This document shows positions 1-13,900 of a stretch of 64,000 nucleotides of DNA, piece by piece. The stretch's first letter is position 1. Every line of letters begins with the position of its first letter. This DNA is from Macrostomum lignano (Eukaryota). Made by a program: the position numbers and the translations under genes. The notes under the pieces were generated by a model that saw only the letters and a program-made list of their open reading frames with translations, was not told the DNA's origin and searched no databases. The stretch lies in NCBI GenBank assembly GCA_002269645.1, contig NIVC01000067.1, positions 1,054,001 through 1,118,000 of the forward strand. The letters run 5' to 3'.

Positions 1-684
1 TTTAATCTCTTCTTCCCGGTGGTATAAACCCCTGCTCCCCCAGCCACTCCTCTCCATCCATACGTATTCCCATGCGCTAATTTCTCCTCTTGGCTCAGCT
101 CATGCTGATGCCTATCCTTGCCAGTTTTATCTTGGATTCTACCACAATTTTATCCCTTTTGCCATTTTTTCCCTAGGGTACAATCGAGTCTTTTTGTATA
201 CTAAATTGAGCCGGGAAGACCAGAAAGCAGCTTTAGTAAGTTAGTAGCAAGCAACTACTTCGAAGTACTAAGAGACAATACGAAGCATTAAAAACGTTTT
301 GAAGGCCGATTATTGAAAATTATGGTTATAAATCTTGTTATGAGTTGAAGGAACAGCATCAACATGCCGTTTTCACATTTGTTTTGTAGACACATTAATT
401 GGACTTTTCTAAACATGCTCAGTGGAAATAGAAAAGTTCAACTGACCTTCAAAAGTGGACAGTTGCAGTCTGAAATGCTGCTCGTTTCAGAGGTCAATTG
501 TAACTATCTCACGATCCGCATATATATGCACTTTATGCTTCCCATAATGGGGATTAACTGTCTGTGAAATTTACTTGTGAACAGGGGCGTTTTTGAATTT
601 GCGCCTGGGCTTGAATTTCTCATGGCGACCTGTCTAGGAAGTGTTTGCGCAAATGGAAATTTCAGGATGTGGTAACTGTAGGGA

Positions 685-1670
685 TGGGTCTCAGAGATGG
701 GAATGGGGATAGCTGGAGTCTCAGGGATGGGAATGGGGATAGCTGGAGTCTCAGGGATGGGAATGGGGATATCTGCAGTCTCAAGGATGGGAATGGGGAT
801 AGCTGGAGTCTCAGGGATGGGAATGGGGATATCTGCAGTCTCAGGGATGGGAATGGGAATAGCTGGAGTCTCAGGGATGGGAACGGGGATATCTGCAGTC
901 TCAGGGATGGGAATGGAGATAGCTGGAGTCTCAGGGATCGGAATGGGGATAGCTAGAGTCTCAGGGATGGAAATGGGGATAGCTGCAGTCTCAGGGATGG
1001 GAATGGGGATAGCTGCGGCATCAGGGATGGGAATGAGGATAGCTGGAGTCTCAGGGATGGGAATGGGGATAGCTGCGGCATCAGGGATGGGAATGGGGAT
1101 AGCTGCAGTCTCAGGGATGGGAATGGGGATAGCTGGAGTCTCAGGGATGGGAATGGGGATAACTGCGGCATCAGGGATGGGAATGGGGATATCTGCAGTC
1201 TCAGGGATGGGAATGGGGATAGCTGGAGTCTCAGGGATGGGAATGGGGATAACTGCGGCATCAGGGATGGGAATGGGGATAGCTGCGGCATCAGGGATGG
1301 GAATGGGGATATCTGCAGTCTCAGGGATGGGAATGGGGATAGCTGCGGCATCAGGGATGGGAATGGGGATAGCTGGAGTCTCAGGGATGGGAATGGGGAT
1401 AGCTGCAGTCTCAGGGATGAGAATGGGGATATCTGCAGTCTCAGGGATGGGAATGGGGATAGCTGGAGTCTCAGGGATGGGAATGGGGATAGCTGCAGTC
1501 TCAGGGATGGGAATGGGGGATAGCTGCAGTCTCAGGGATGGGAATGGGGATAGCTGCAGCATCAGGGATGGGAATGGGGATAACTGCAGCATCAGGGATG
1601 GGAATGGGGATAGCTGGAGTCTCAGGGATGGGAATGGGGATAGCTGCAGTCTCAGGGATTCGACTGGGGA
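685..1670. repeat. 30-bp G-rich minisatellite (TCTCAGGGATGGGAATGGGGATAGCTGCAG), ~33 units
   Basis: Direct reading. Confidence 0.95.
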
Positions 1671-1965
1671 TAGCTTTTTAGTTACAAGACTTTAAGTACG
1701 AGTAATTTATGTCGGTATTGTTAGAAAATTGAATTATATTTATCTTTTGTGCTATCATGGCTCTCTTGCACATAATATTACCAGGGTATGACAATGTTTT
1801 TTACTTATCAATTCATCAACTTTGTCAAAAACTTTCAGCACCTAATTCAAATCAGGGCTGCAAATGAAATGCAATGAACAGTTTGCAACTTGCATTGGGT
1901 AGAGAATATAGATTATAAATTGATTTAACAGTTAATTTGATTGAATCCAGTTATTCGCATCAGAA

Positions 1966-4900
1966 ATGCTGGTGAAAGAGTACCGAATCTGCATGCCTCT
2001 CACCGTGGCAGAGTACAGGATTGCTCAGCTGTACATGATTCAGGTGAGAGAGCTCTGCTTATCTATTTATATTGCCAAGTCAAGCAGTATAAATTCTACA
2101 GGAATGGGAGTATGATGCAGCTGCGACTTAGCAGGGAGGCTGAGATTCGCTATTTGGGTAGAGTAGAGAGGGGCTTTGATCCCCCATCATCAGCTGCGCA
2201 GAGATATACGTATAGACACTGCTACGACCCTCACTGTCTTCCTGCCTATTCCCCCTCGGCCTCATGTCCTCCCCAGCTATCCCAGCCTGCCCGAGCCGAG
2301 CGACAAAATCTAATTATCCTTGTGCGCTCTCTCCCTCCCCTAACCTTCCTTCATCTCTAGCCTTCACTGCCAAGCTGTGCTATTTTCGCCATCAGTTCAT
2401 CAGTTCTAGAGATCTGACGCTATTTTGCTGCAGCTGCTCTTTAGGAAGGGGGGCTATATTCTTCCTTGGGATGCTCTGCTAAGGCTCTTTTTATTTCTGG
2501 ATTAGGGATTTTTAAATCCCTTTTCACTCCCAAGTAAATTTCTTTTCCCAGTGTAACGCCGTATAAGTCTCGCTAGATTTAAATAGTACTATGGTCGTAA
2601 TAAGTAAGCCTTAAACAGTTTGAGTCATACACAGTTTTTGCCATAAATAGGTAGGGCCATAGATAGTTTGGGTTATAGACAGGTTGGTTCATAGACAGGT
2701 TGTGTCATAGACAGGTTGGGTCATGGTTGGGACATAGACAGGTTGGGTCATAGACAGGTTGGGTCATAGACAGGTTGCATCATAGACAGGTTGGGTCATA
2801 GGTTGGGACATAGACAGGTTGTGTCATAGACAGGTTGTGTCATAGACAGGTTGTGTTATAGACAGGTTCTGTCATAGACAGGTTGTGTCATAGACAGGTT
2901 CTGTCATAGACAGGTTCTGCCATAGACAGGTTGTGTCATAGACAGGCTGTGTCATAGAACAGGTTCTGTCATAGACAGGTTCTGTCATAGACAGGTTGGG
3001 TCATAGGTTGGGACATAGACAGGTTGTGTCATAGACAGGTTGTGTCATAGACAGATCGGGTCATAGACAGGTTAAGTCATGCACAGTTTGAGGCCATTGA
3101 TTAATGTCTCTGTGCATTAAAATATAGTTCAGGTCATATTAAGTTGAGTTATAATTAACTGTCTATGACCCAACCTGTCTTGGACGCAAACTCTCTATGA
3201 CTTAATCTATCTATGACCAAACTGCCTATGACCCACGCTATCTATGACATAAACTGTCTATGACTCAATCTACTCCGACGTAGACCGTCTATGACTCAAA
3301 CTTCTCCGACGTAGACCGTCTATGAGCTAAACTGTCTATGACCCAATCTATCTATGACACAACTCACGACTGAAAGGTTGCAGGTTCGATTTTCGATCCA
3401 CTCGGAACAATTTGTGCCCTTGAGCAAGAAGACACTTAACTCTGCATTGCTTCAGTTCACCCAGCTGTAAAATGGGTGCCAGCATTAGCTGGGATAATTG
3501 AGGGTGTGTGTGGCGATCCCCCAGTCCTTGGACTGAACAGCCATACGCAGCCTTCAGATGCGCCGCGCAATAGCTGTGGCTGAGCTGTCGGTTGCAATCA
3601 GCACACAGTAGGGCTGGTTTTAATCAAATAATATTATTATATTATGACATAAACTTTCTCTGGCTCAAGCTATCTATGACCAAAAATGCCTACGACCCAC
3701 GCTATCTGAAAACAAAAACTGTCTACAACCCTCTCCAATCAACGCCTTTAATTTCCAAGAAGCAAACTATCTATAAAATAATTAAATGTAAATAGTCTCA
3801 ATTCAAGTAAATAGTCTTGAGCAGATCTAAATTTGCAATACAACGCATTTATAATGTCTACGAAGTAATATATAAATAGTCTCATGCTGTTGGGACAAAG
3901 CAACAGTGCTACAGTTAAAGTGCATGCATTTTCAAGGTCGCGTTCTTTAATGTCTATATATTCAGTGTGTATTCTACAAAAAAGATGGAAGAAAGCAAAA
4001 AGAGAACTTGATTGATTAGAATTTTGTTTGAATAAGTGGGATGCACAGGCACAGTATACAGCAACGCTGGCCGCACTCCATCAGTGCAGTTTCAAGGAAC
4101 TGAAGCAAGGAACTAATTAAATGTCTGATGCTTTAATTAGACCTATCCACAAACTGCATTTAAAATGGAACCTAGCTTTTGAGCATTGTAGTCTACACTG
4201 ATATTACTTATGTGGTTAGAATATGGTTGTTTGATTTTCCATTAGTTTATTTACTGGTTGGTTGATTGATTGAATGATTAATTGATTGATTGATCGATCG
4301 ATTGATTGATTGATTTATTGGTTAGTTGGTTGGTTGATTGGTTAATTGATTGACTGATTGATTGATTAATTAATTAATTGTTCGATTGGTTGATTAATCA
4401 GTAAATAGATTGATTGATTGATTGGTTGGTTGATTGATTGATTGATTGATTGAATTGAATTGTTGATCTTACAAGCTTTCTTGCTGCACTAACTTTCTGG
4501 GTTAAACGCTTGATGGCCCATCTTTGATTGGACTGGAAGTTGCTGCACCTTCATACAGCGCTAAAGGTTCAAAATAAATAAAAAGATTTTGTTTTGCCCT
4601 GAATTTTACTGTTTTTGTACTTTTAGCTTTGGCACGCGCGCTTCGCCAATTAAATTGCTTTTCTAGGGCGATTAATTGCTTTTTTTGCCAAGAAGTCATG
4701 CGTTCTGTAGCAGACTAAAGTAATTAATGAAGAAAACGTTGTTAGAAATGATTGCGAATTGCAATTGGCCAAGGACCTTTAAATAAATGCATCTGGAAAA
4801 GAACAGGTCACGGCACAGCAAAGCTTCTATGAGTATGGCCTAAATGATCTATAACGTAACTATCTATAACTGAAACTGCCTATGACCCAATTAAATTACT

Positions 4901-7900
4901 GATAATAACTGATTACACCTGCACCTAATAGATGTGCAACCGACAGCTCAGCCGCAGCTATTGCGCGGCGCATCTGAAGGCTGCGCACGGCTGTTCAGTC
5001 CAAGGACTGGGGGGTCGCCACACATTACCTTCAATTACCCCAGCTAATGCTGGCACCCATTTTACAGCTGGCTGAACTGAAGCAATGCAGAGTTGAGTGC
5101 CTTGCTCAAAGACACAAATTGTTCCGAGTGGATCGAGAATCGAACCCCTGACCTTTAAGTCCCCGACCTACACGTATGACCCAGACTGTCTGTGAAACCA
5201 AACTGTTTATTACCCAAATTATGTGACCCAGGTTGCATGTTTATTACTCAAACTGACTCAAAATGTCTATGACCCAGTCTGTCTATGACTCAACCTGTCT
5301 ATGACTCAACCTGTCTATGACTCAACCTGTCTATGACCTAAACTGTCTTTGAACCGATCTGCCCATGACCCAACCTGTTTATGACTTGAACTGTCTATGA
5401 TCCAATTGGAAAAAATCTGAACCGTCTTTCTGGACCAAATATCGAAGCGAGGGTTGAACCAAAAGTTGTTCACTTGCCTAGATTTCTATTGGTCAAGCCA
5501 GTAGCACAGATACTATATTATATTATATACTATATTATATAGTATCTGTGGCCAGTAGTCGGTTTCCTTTCCGGATGTTTCATCAGGAACTTCATGGTTC
5601 CATGGTAACCATTCTAAAATTCTTCGCTTTCTTGACATCCGCTTTAAATTTTAGATTTATTATTCCGCAATTTCGCCTACTCTCCAAGCCCTGATGAAGC
5701 AGTTCAGCTTTCTGAATTCAGATCCCGAAAATGCGGTTATTGGGGGTCGGGGGTGAGGAAATTACCCTCCTTTATCCCAGAGCCCGTTCTGACAGTCTGG
5801 CCTTTATCGGGGTCAGCTCTGCGTACTTAAATAAAAGTAAAATATAACGTTATATAAAAAGAAACAGAAAAAACCTATCTTCCAGAAGAGCTCGCAAGTT
5901 TCTCGTCCTGTTTGCCAAGTCGATTGAATTCACTTCGGCTCGTTGCCTCCCCTCATCCGCTGTCCACTGCCCCCCCCCCCAAGCTATGTCCCGATACCCG
6001 AGGCTTGATGAGGCTCCAGCGCAGCCTCTCTCATTTTCTGTCTCAGCTCAAGAAGCGGACAAGCTAAAAAACGACACAGCTTTGCTTATGAGTATGACTA
6101 TGAGTTCATTGCTGGGCTTTGGAGTAGCGCGCTTCTTCTTACTCGAGGGATCTGGGCAAAGGCACTTTGGCTGGCAGCCTGCCCTGCCCATCAAATGTCA
6201 TGTTTAAATCAGAGCTGGACTGGCGGACACCGTGTCCTGGAGTGTTTTACTGGGATTGTACGAATATATTAATAAATTCTGCCAGCGGAGTGCAGTGCTG
6301 TCGACACTTTTATCGACAGTTCGCCAATATTCACTGACACTCTCATTGGCACTATTACTGACGCCTTCATCGACATTTTCATCGATACTATTACCGACGC
6401 TTTCACTGACACTTTCAACGACACGTTCATCGAAATATAAATTAACGCTTTAATCGACTTTATCCACACTTTTATCGACATCATCACCAACGCATTCACC
6501 GACACTTTACCCACAATTTTAACAACGCAGAAAAAATCCCGCGAAGAGAGCACCGGCAGCGGGTCCGGCGTGGAGATAATCATTAACGAGCCGTACGAGA
6601 ACGGGCCGGGCGGCCGGGGCCAGTACACTTTTAAGATCTACCACATTGGCAGCCACTTGCCTGGTGAGCCTCCGTTGCCGGTTTCTATTACTTAAAAGTA
6701 GTCACGTGCTGTTTGCATTTTGTTGTGCACTGTCAGCGATAGTAAAGTGCTTAATAAGCAGTACTTGTACCATGGAGTTTCAAGTGACATTTAGGATAGG
6801 AAAATGTCTATGGGGTGCCATTAATAATAGCATGGTGTCTATGGGGTGCCATTAATAATAGCATGGTGTCTATGGGGTGCCATTAATAATAGCATGGTGT
6901 CTATGGGGTGCCATTAATAATAGCATGGTGTCTATGGGGTGCCATTAATAATAGCATGGTGTCTATGGGGTGCAATTAATAATAGCATGGTGTCTATGGG
7001 GTGCAATTAATAATAGCATGGTGTCTATGGGGTGCCATTAATAATAGCATGGTGTCTATGGGGTGCCATTAATAATAGCATGGTGTCTATGGGGTGCCAT
7101 TAATAATAGCATGGTGTCTATGGGGTGCCATTAATAATAGCATGGTGTCTATGGGGTGCCATTAATAATAGCATGGTGTCTATGGGGTGCCATTAATAAT
7201 AGCATGGTGTCTATGGGGTGCCATTAATAATAGCATGGTGTCTATGGGGTGCCATTAATAATAGCATGGTGTCTATGGGGTGCAATTAATAATAGCATGG
7301 TGTCTATGGGGTGCAATTAATAATAGCATGGTGTCTATGGGGTGCCATTAATAATAGCATGGTGTCTATGGGGTGCCATTGATAGTAGCATGGTGTCTAT
7401 GGGGTGCCACTGATAGTAGCATGGTGTCTATGGGGTGCCACTGATAGTAGCATGGTGTCTATGGGGTGCCACTGATAGTAGCATGGTGTCTATGGGGTGC
7501 CACTGATAGTAGCGAGGTGTCAATGGAGTGCCACTGATACATGTAGTAGCATGGTGTCTATTATGGAGTGCCATTGATAGTAGCATGGTGTCAATGGAGT
7601 GCCATTGATAGTAGCATGGTGTCAATGGAGTGCCATTGATAGTAGCATGGTGTCAATGGAGTGCCACTGATAGTAGCATGGTGTCTATGGGGTGCCATTG
7701 ATAGTAGCGAGGTGTCTATGGAGTGCCATTAATAGTAGCGAGGTGTCTACGGAGTGCCATTAGTATTATCGAGGTGTCTATGGAGTGCCATTAGTATTAT
7801 CGAGGTGTCTATGGAGTGCCATTAGTATTATCGAGGTGTCTATGGAGTGCCATTGAGCTGCATACCCGATGCAACGCCCAACCACAGCCTGGTTCCGCGC

Positions 7901-10900
7901 CATCCTGCCCAAGTCGGCACTTCGAGTGGAAGAAGAAGCCTGGAATGCATACCCCTATACAAAAACCCGCTACAAGTGCCCGTTTGTGGAGAAATTCCTA
8001 CTCGAGATTGAGACCGTCTACAGAGACGACGGCGGCGATGCCGAGAATGTCTTCGGCTTGGAGGTGAGAGTTGCAAATATTTGTACTTTTAGCGTTTTTA
8101 TAACGTTATAATTGAAGAAAGCGGGTATTTTTGCTTATAGTAGTTTATACTGGGTCGTTTTTTTATTGTAAACATTCTTCGATCTCCATATTGCCTAAAG
8201 TAATACAAATATAAATAGCTTGAGCAATTGATGTAGCTGCAAGATAAAGCGTGCATTTTGAGGGAGCTGCATAAATCACTTTAGACGGTGTACGTACATT
8301 TCAACATTCCAGACAGTGTAGACCTACATTCCAGAGACAGTGTGCATTCTCGACGGTGTACATTCCCGACCACAGTTATGTGTTCCAGACAGTGTACATT
8401 CCAGACAGTGTACATTCCAGACAGTGTACATTCCAGAGACAGTGTGCATTCTCGACAGTGTACATTCCAGACAGTGTACACTCCAAACAGGGTATATTCC
8501 AGATAGTGTACATTCCAGAGACAGTGTGCATTCTCGACGGTGTACATTCCAGACAGTGTACATCCCAGAGACAGTGTGCATTCTCGACAGTGTACATTCC
8601 AGACAGTGTACATTCCAGACAGTGTACATTCCAGACAGTGTACATTCCAGACAGTGTACATTCCAGACAGTGTACATTCCAGAGACAGTGTGCATTCTCG
8701 ACAGTGTACATTCCAGACAGTATACACTCCAGACAGTGTACATTCCAGACAGTGTACACTCCAAACAGGGTATATTCCAGATAGTGTACATTCCAGAGAC
8801 AGTGTGCATTCTCGACGGTGTACATTCCAGACAGTGTACATCCCAGAGACAGTGTGCATTCTCGACAGTGTACATTCCAGACAGTGTACATCCCAGAGAC
8901 AGTGTGCATTCTCGACAGTGTACATTCCAGACAGTGTACATTCCAGACAGTGTACATTCCAGACAGTGTACATTCCAGACAGTGTACATTCCAGACAGTG
9001 TACATTCCAGACAGTGTACATTCCAGACAGTGTACATTCCAGAGACAGTGTGCATTCTCGACAGTGTACATTCCAGACAGTGTACACTCCAGACAGGGTA
9101 CATTCCAGACAGTGTACATTCCAGACAGTGTACATTCCAGACAGTGTACATTCCAGACAGTGTACATTCCAGAGACAGTGTGCATTCTCGACAGTGTACA
9201 TTCCAGACAGTGTACACTCCAGACAGTGTACATTCCAGACAGTGTACACTCCAAACAGGGTATATTCCAGATAGTGTACATTCCAGAGACAGTGTGCATT
9301 CTCGACGGTGTACATTCCAGACAGTGTACATTCCAGACAGTGTACATTCCAAAGACAGTGTGCATTCTCGACAGTGTACATTCCAGACAGTGTACACTCC
9401 AGACAGGGTATATTTCAGACAGTGTACATTCCAGAGACAGTGTGCATTCTCGATGGTGTACATTCCAGACAGTGTACACTCCAGACAGGGTACATTCCAA
9501 AGAGTGTACTCCTACATTCCGGCTAATCAAGACCGACAATCAATAACTATGCAAGCAATGTTTTTCCGCACCCTACTAACTCTTCTCGATGCATTTTTCT
9601 AAGCGGCCTATTTCTCTTGCTCTCTGACGCACATTAAAATAAAGTGTCTCCTCAAAAAACCCTACTAAAAGTAGAAAAACGTATAAAAACGCTAATTTCA
9701 TTATCTAGGGCAACGATCTCGCGCGCCAAGTGGATTACATCGACATCGTCCGCGACTGGGTCGATCCCGGCCACTATCATCGCGACGAGGATCCGCGTCT
9801 GTTTGTCTCCAAGGCGACCGGCCGCGGCCCTCTAGCCGACGATTGGAGGCGCAATCTGGGCGGTGGAGGCCGGGTGATGTGCAGCTACAAGCTGTGCCGG
9901 GTGGAATTCCGCTACTGGGGCATGCAGACTAAAATCGAGAGATTCATACACGACGTGGCCCTGCGCAAGACCATGCTGAGAGCGCACAGGCAGGCCTGGG
10001 CCTGGCAGGACGAGTGGGTCGGCCTGAGTATCGACGACATCCGGCGTCTGGAGGCGGAGACAGCGGCGGCTTTGCAGGCGCGGATGGCTGCTGCCGCGCT
10101 CGAAGAGGTGACGCTTTTAGGGACGGTTGAGATCATTCTGGGAGATTTAGGTCACTCTGTGATCTTTATTGTGTAGCTCTGGAATCTTCCGTGTGTCACT
10201 TTGTGATCTTTATTGTGTCACTCTGTGATCTTTATTGTGTCACTCTGTGATCTTTATTGTGTCACTCTGTGATCTTTATTGTTTCACTCTGTGATTTTTA
10301 TTGTTTCGCTCTGTGATCTTTATTGTTTCACTCTGTGATCTTTATTGTTTCACTCTGTGATCTTTATTGTTTCACTCTGTGATCTTTATTGTTTCACTCT
10401 GTGATCTTTATTGTTTCACTCTGTGATCTTTATTGTTTCACTCTGTGATCTTTATTGTTTCACTCTGTGATCTTTATTGTTTCACTCTGTGATCTTTATT
10501 GTTTCACTCTGTGAGCTTCTCTGTGTTAGTATAAGATCTCTTTTGTGTCACTTGTTTCACTTTTGAATTTTATTTGTATCACTTCTTGACGTTCTAGTGT
10601 CACTTTTTGTGTCACTCCTTTTGCCCTATCCATGTCACTCTTTACCTAATTGTATCATTCTAGGAATTGACCAGTTTCCTAGAATGTCAGCTAGAAACGT
10701 CAAGCTAAAGGCCACTCAAGAATTACTTCGTACCTGTGCATACAAATATAGCACGCTGTTTTTCGGCTCTTCTACTTGCCATTTTTGCTCTGTCCAGGCC
10801 GGCAGTCTCGACGCGGCAGTTCGTTCGCCAGCCTCCGCCTCTGCGGGCGACGCTTGCGCTGCTCTCACCGTAGCTTCGTCGTCGTCGTCGTCCGGCCACT

Positions 10901-13900
10901 CGCAACGGCTGCCAGCGTCGCCCGCCGCCTCGGCTGCGGCGTCAACGACAGCGGCGACGGCGGCGTCAGGGAACTCGCATCTGAGTGAGCATCTCGCTAG
11001 TGGTGAGATCCGTTGGGGGTCGTTGTTCGTTGGGTCAGTTAGACCAGGGCTCAGAGGACAAGTATCTCAAATGGGGCTGCTCAGAGGACAAGTGTCTCAA
11101 ATGAGGTTACTCAGAGGACGAGTGTCTCAAATGAGGTTACTCAGAGGACGAGTGTCTCAAATGAGGTTACTCAGAGGACGAGTGTCTCAAATGAGGTTAC
11201 TCAGAGGACGAGTGTCTCAAATGAGGTTACTCAGAGGACGAGTGTCTCAAATGAGGTTACTCAGAGGACGAGTGTCTCAAATGAGGTTACTCAGAGGACG
11301 AGTGTCTCAAATGAGGTTACTCAGAGGACGAGTGTCTCAAATGAGGTTACTCAGAGGACGAGTGTCTCAAATGAGGTTACTCAGAGGACGAGTGTCTCAA
11401 ATGAGGTTACTTAGAGGACGAGTGTCTCAAATGAGGTTACTTAGAGGACGGGTGTCTCAACGCCGAGATTAAGCAGAGGACGATTGTCCTAAACTAGGTT
11501 TATCTGATGGAAATTTCTAAAATGGAAAATGGCTCAGAGGATCAAGACTTAAATTTGGGTTGCTCAGAGAATGAATATCCGTATTTTGAATCGCTCTACG
11601 ACGAAGGAGTAAAACAGGACTGCCTGAAATTCCGCGGAAATAGATTCGCTAGGACCGGTAGAATTGCCTATTCGCCCGCCGCTAGCAGGCAGAAAAAAAA
11701 CACCCACCCCTACATACCGTTGCCTACCCCGCATAGCAACAGTACACGTCGCAGTCGATGCTCAGTCGGACGCCGACCCTGAATTCGACGCCCTGTCCAT
11801 CTCCGACGAATACTTCGACGCCCGCTCCGAGATCGCCGAGACGGCCTCCTTTGCCACCTGTGCCAGCAGCTACACCCTCGTTAACAGCCGGTCCTCGACG
11901 CTCACCTCGCCCGGGCCACCGCCGCCGCCGCCGCCTCCACCGCCGCCACAGGAGCTTCCGCACCAGCGGCCCCATCAACACCACCACCACCATCAGCAGC
12001 AGCAGCGCGTGCTATTTCTAGTCCTACACGGTGGCAGCGTGCTTGACACCAACCACGAGTACCACAACAAACACGCCGACGCCAGCACTCTGCGCAGCTG
12101 CCTCAACGCTGTCGCCCAATCGTCGCCGGCCTATCGACGCCTGCGCGGCCGATTCGCCGTCCGACTGGTGTCGTCGCCGCCTCTGGTTGCCGCCTCGCTG
12201 CAACGCCTAGCGGCGGTGTCGCCCTACAACTACCGGCTGCAGCGATCGTCGGCTGACGCTTCTCTGGCGCTGTCTTTCGATCACGCGCCGATCGCCACCG
12301 TGCCGCTACTGATGACGTCGACGCCCGACTATCCGGGCCTACTGGCTGGCGTGGCGCGGCGGCTCAACGAGAGGCGGCGAGAATTTCTGGCTACTGATGA
12401 GGGCAAAGAGTTTGCCAATGCCAGGGTGCGTTTTTTGGTATCTGTCACTCTCGGATGCACGTGTATCTGTCACTCTCGGATGCACATGTATCTGTCACTC
12501 TCGGATGCACATTTATCTGTCACTCTCGGATGCACATGTATCTGTCACTCTCGGATGCACATGTATCTGTCACTCTCGGATGCACATGTATCTGTCACGC
12601 TTAGACCTATCATTCATGCTAGGATGTATGACTTTATCTCTCTCTCAGTTGATGTTTCTGTCACTATGGTGCCACTCTCGACTGCTTTTTGGCAGACTCT
12701 GTAAGTATTTCAGCTCAGTGATGCATCACTTACTTAATAGTGAAATTTATGGCACATCTCTTATATTTCGAATCCGTCTCACCCTAGGCTGGCCACTTCG
12801 CCTAACCCCATACCCCCAGGTGTGCCTGATCGGAGACAGCATCGGCGGCATCGTCGGCTACGACATTCTGGCCAGCGTAGCCGCCACAGCCGACGCCGAC
12901 AACGCCGATGATGCCGGCGACTCCAGCAACTCGACGCAAATTCGTTTGGACTTTCCGGTAGCCGACTTTTTCTTGCTGGGCTGTCCGCTGGCTCTGCTGT
13001 TGACCTACCGGCAGCTAGCGCTGGGGCAAGACAGGCTTCGTGAGTGGAACCGTGGGAAATCCATGGGGAATCTGGGGAAAGTCCATGCGACGTAAAAATC
13101 TACAGAGACCACATTATCCCACTTATATAGACCTTTCCTTCCCTGTATTATTCGCTACTGACTGAGTTCGGAATTAAAAGGTGAATAGTGTACATAGTGT
13201 CGCGAGAAAGTATTTGAGTTCGAGCTTACTGCTTTCTAGCATCGATGTAAGTTGTGCAGTACCTGCTAACCACATGTACTCGTAGGTAGGTAGCTTAGTA
13301 GCTACTATCCTGATATACATGGCAGGGAGCTCAGTATAGCTACTATCCTGATAGACATGGCAGGGAGCTCAGTATAGCTACTATCCTGATAGACATGACA
13401 GGGAGCTCAGTATAGCTACTATCCTGATAGACATGGCAGGGAGCTCAGTATAGCTACTATCCTGATAGACATGGCAGGGAGCTCAATATAGCTACTATCC
13501 TGGTGGACATGGCAGGGAGCTCAGTATAGCTACTATCCTGATAGACATGACAGGGAGCTCAGTATAGCTACTATCCTGATAGACATGACAGGGAGCTCAG
13601 TATAGCTACTATCCTGATAGACATGGCAGGGAGCTCAGTATAGCTACTATTCTGATAGACATGGCAGGGAGCTCAGTATAGCTACTATCCTGATAGACAT
13701 GGCAGGGAGCTCAGTATAGCTACTATCCTGATAGACATGACAGGGAGCTCAGTATAGCTACTATTCTGATAGACATGGCAGGGAGCTCAGTATAGCTACT
13801 ATCCTGATAGACATGACAGGGAGCTCAGTATAGCTACTATCCTGATAGACATGGCAGGGAGCTCAATATAGCTACTATCCTGATAGACATGGCAGGGAGC

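Noticed and set aside
504-1695. 362-aa and 332-aa repetitive ORFs (PIPIPETA / MGMGIAGVSG)
   Set aside because: These are translations of a 30-bp minisatellite. A 1-bp indel near 1519 shifts the frame and there is no unique coding flank.
5660-5745. CTGATGA...CGAAA resembling a hammerhead ribozyme core
   Set aside because: No stem II closing G-C pair, no stem I and no properly placed NUH site.
6269-6628. Minus-strand 119-aa ORF
   Set aside because: Antisense to PITPNM exon 2 plus a degenerate TCGAC/ACT intron tract.
8281-9602. Many overlapping 240-420 aa ORFs on both strands
   Set aside because: Artefacts of a 16-bp tandem repeat.
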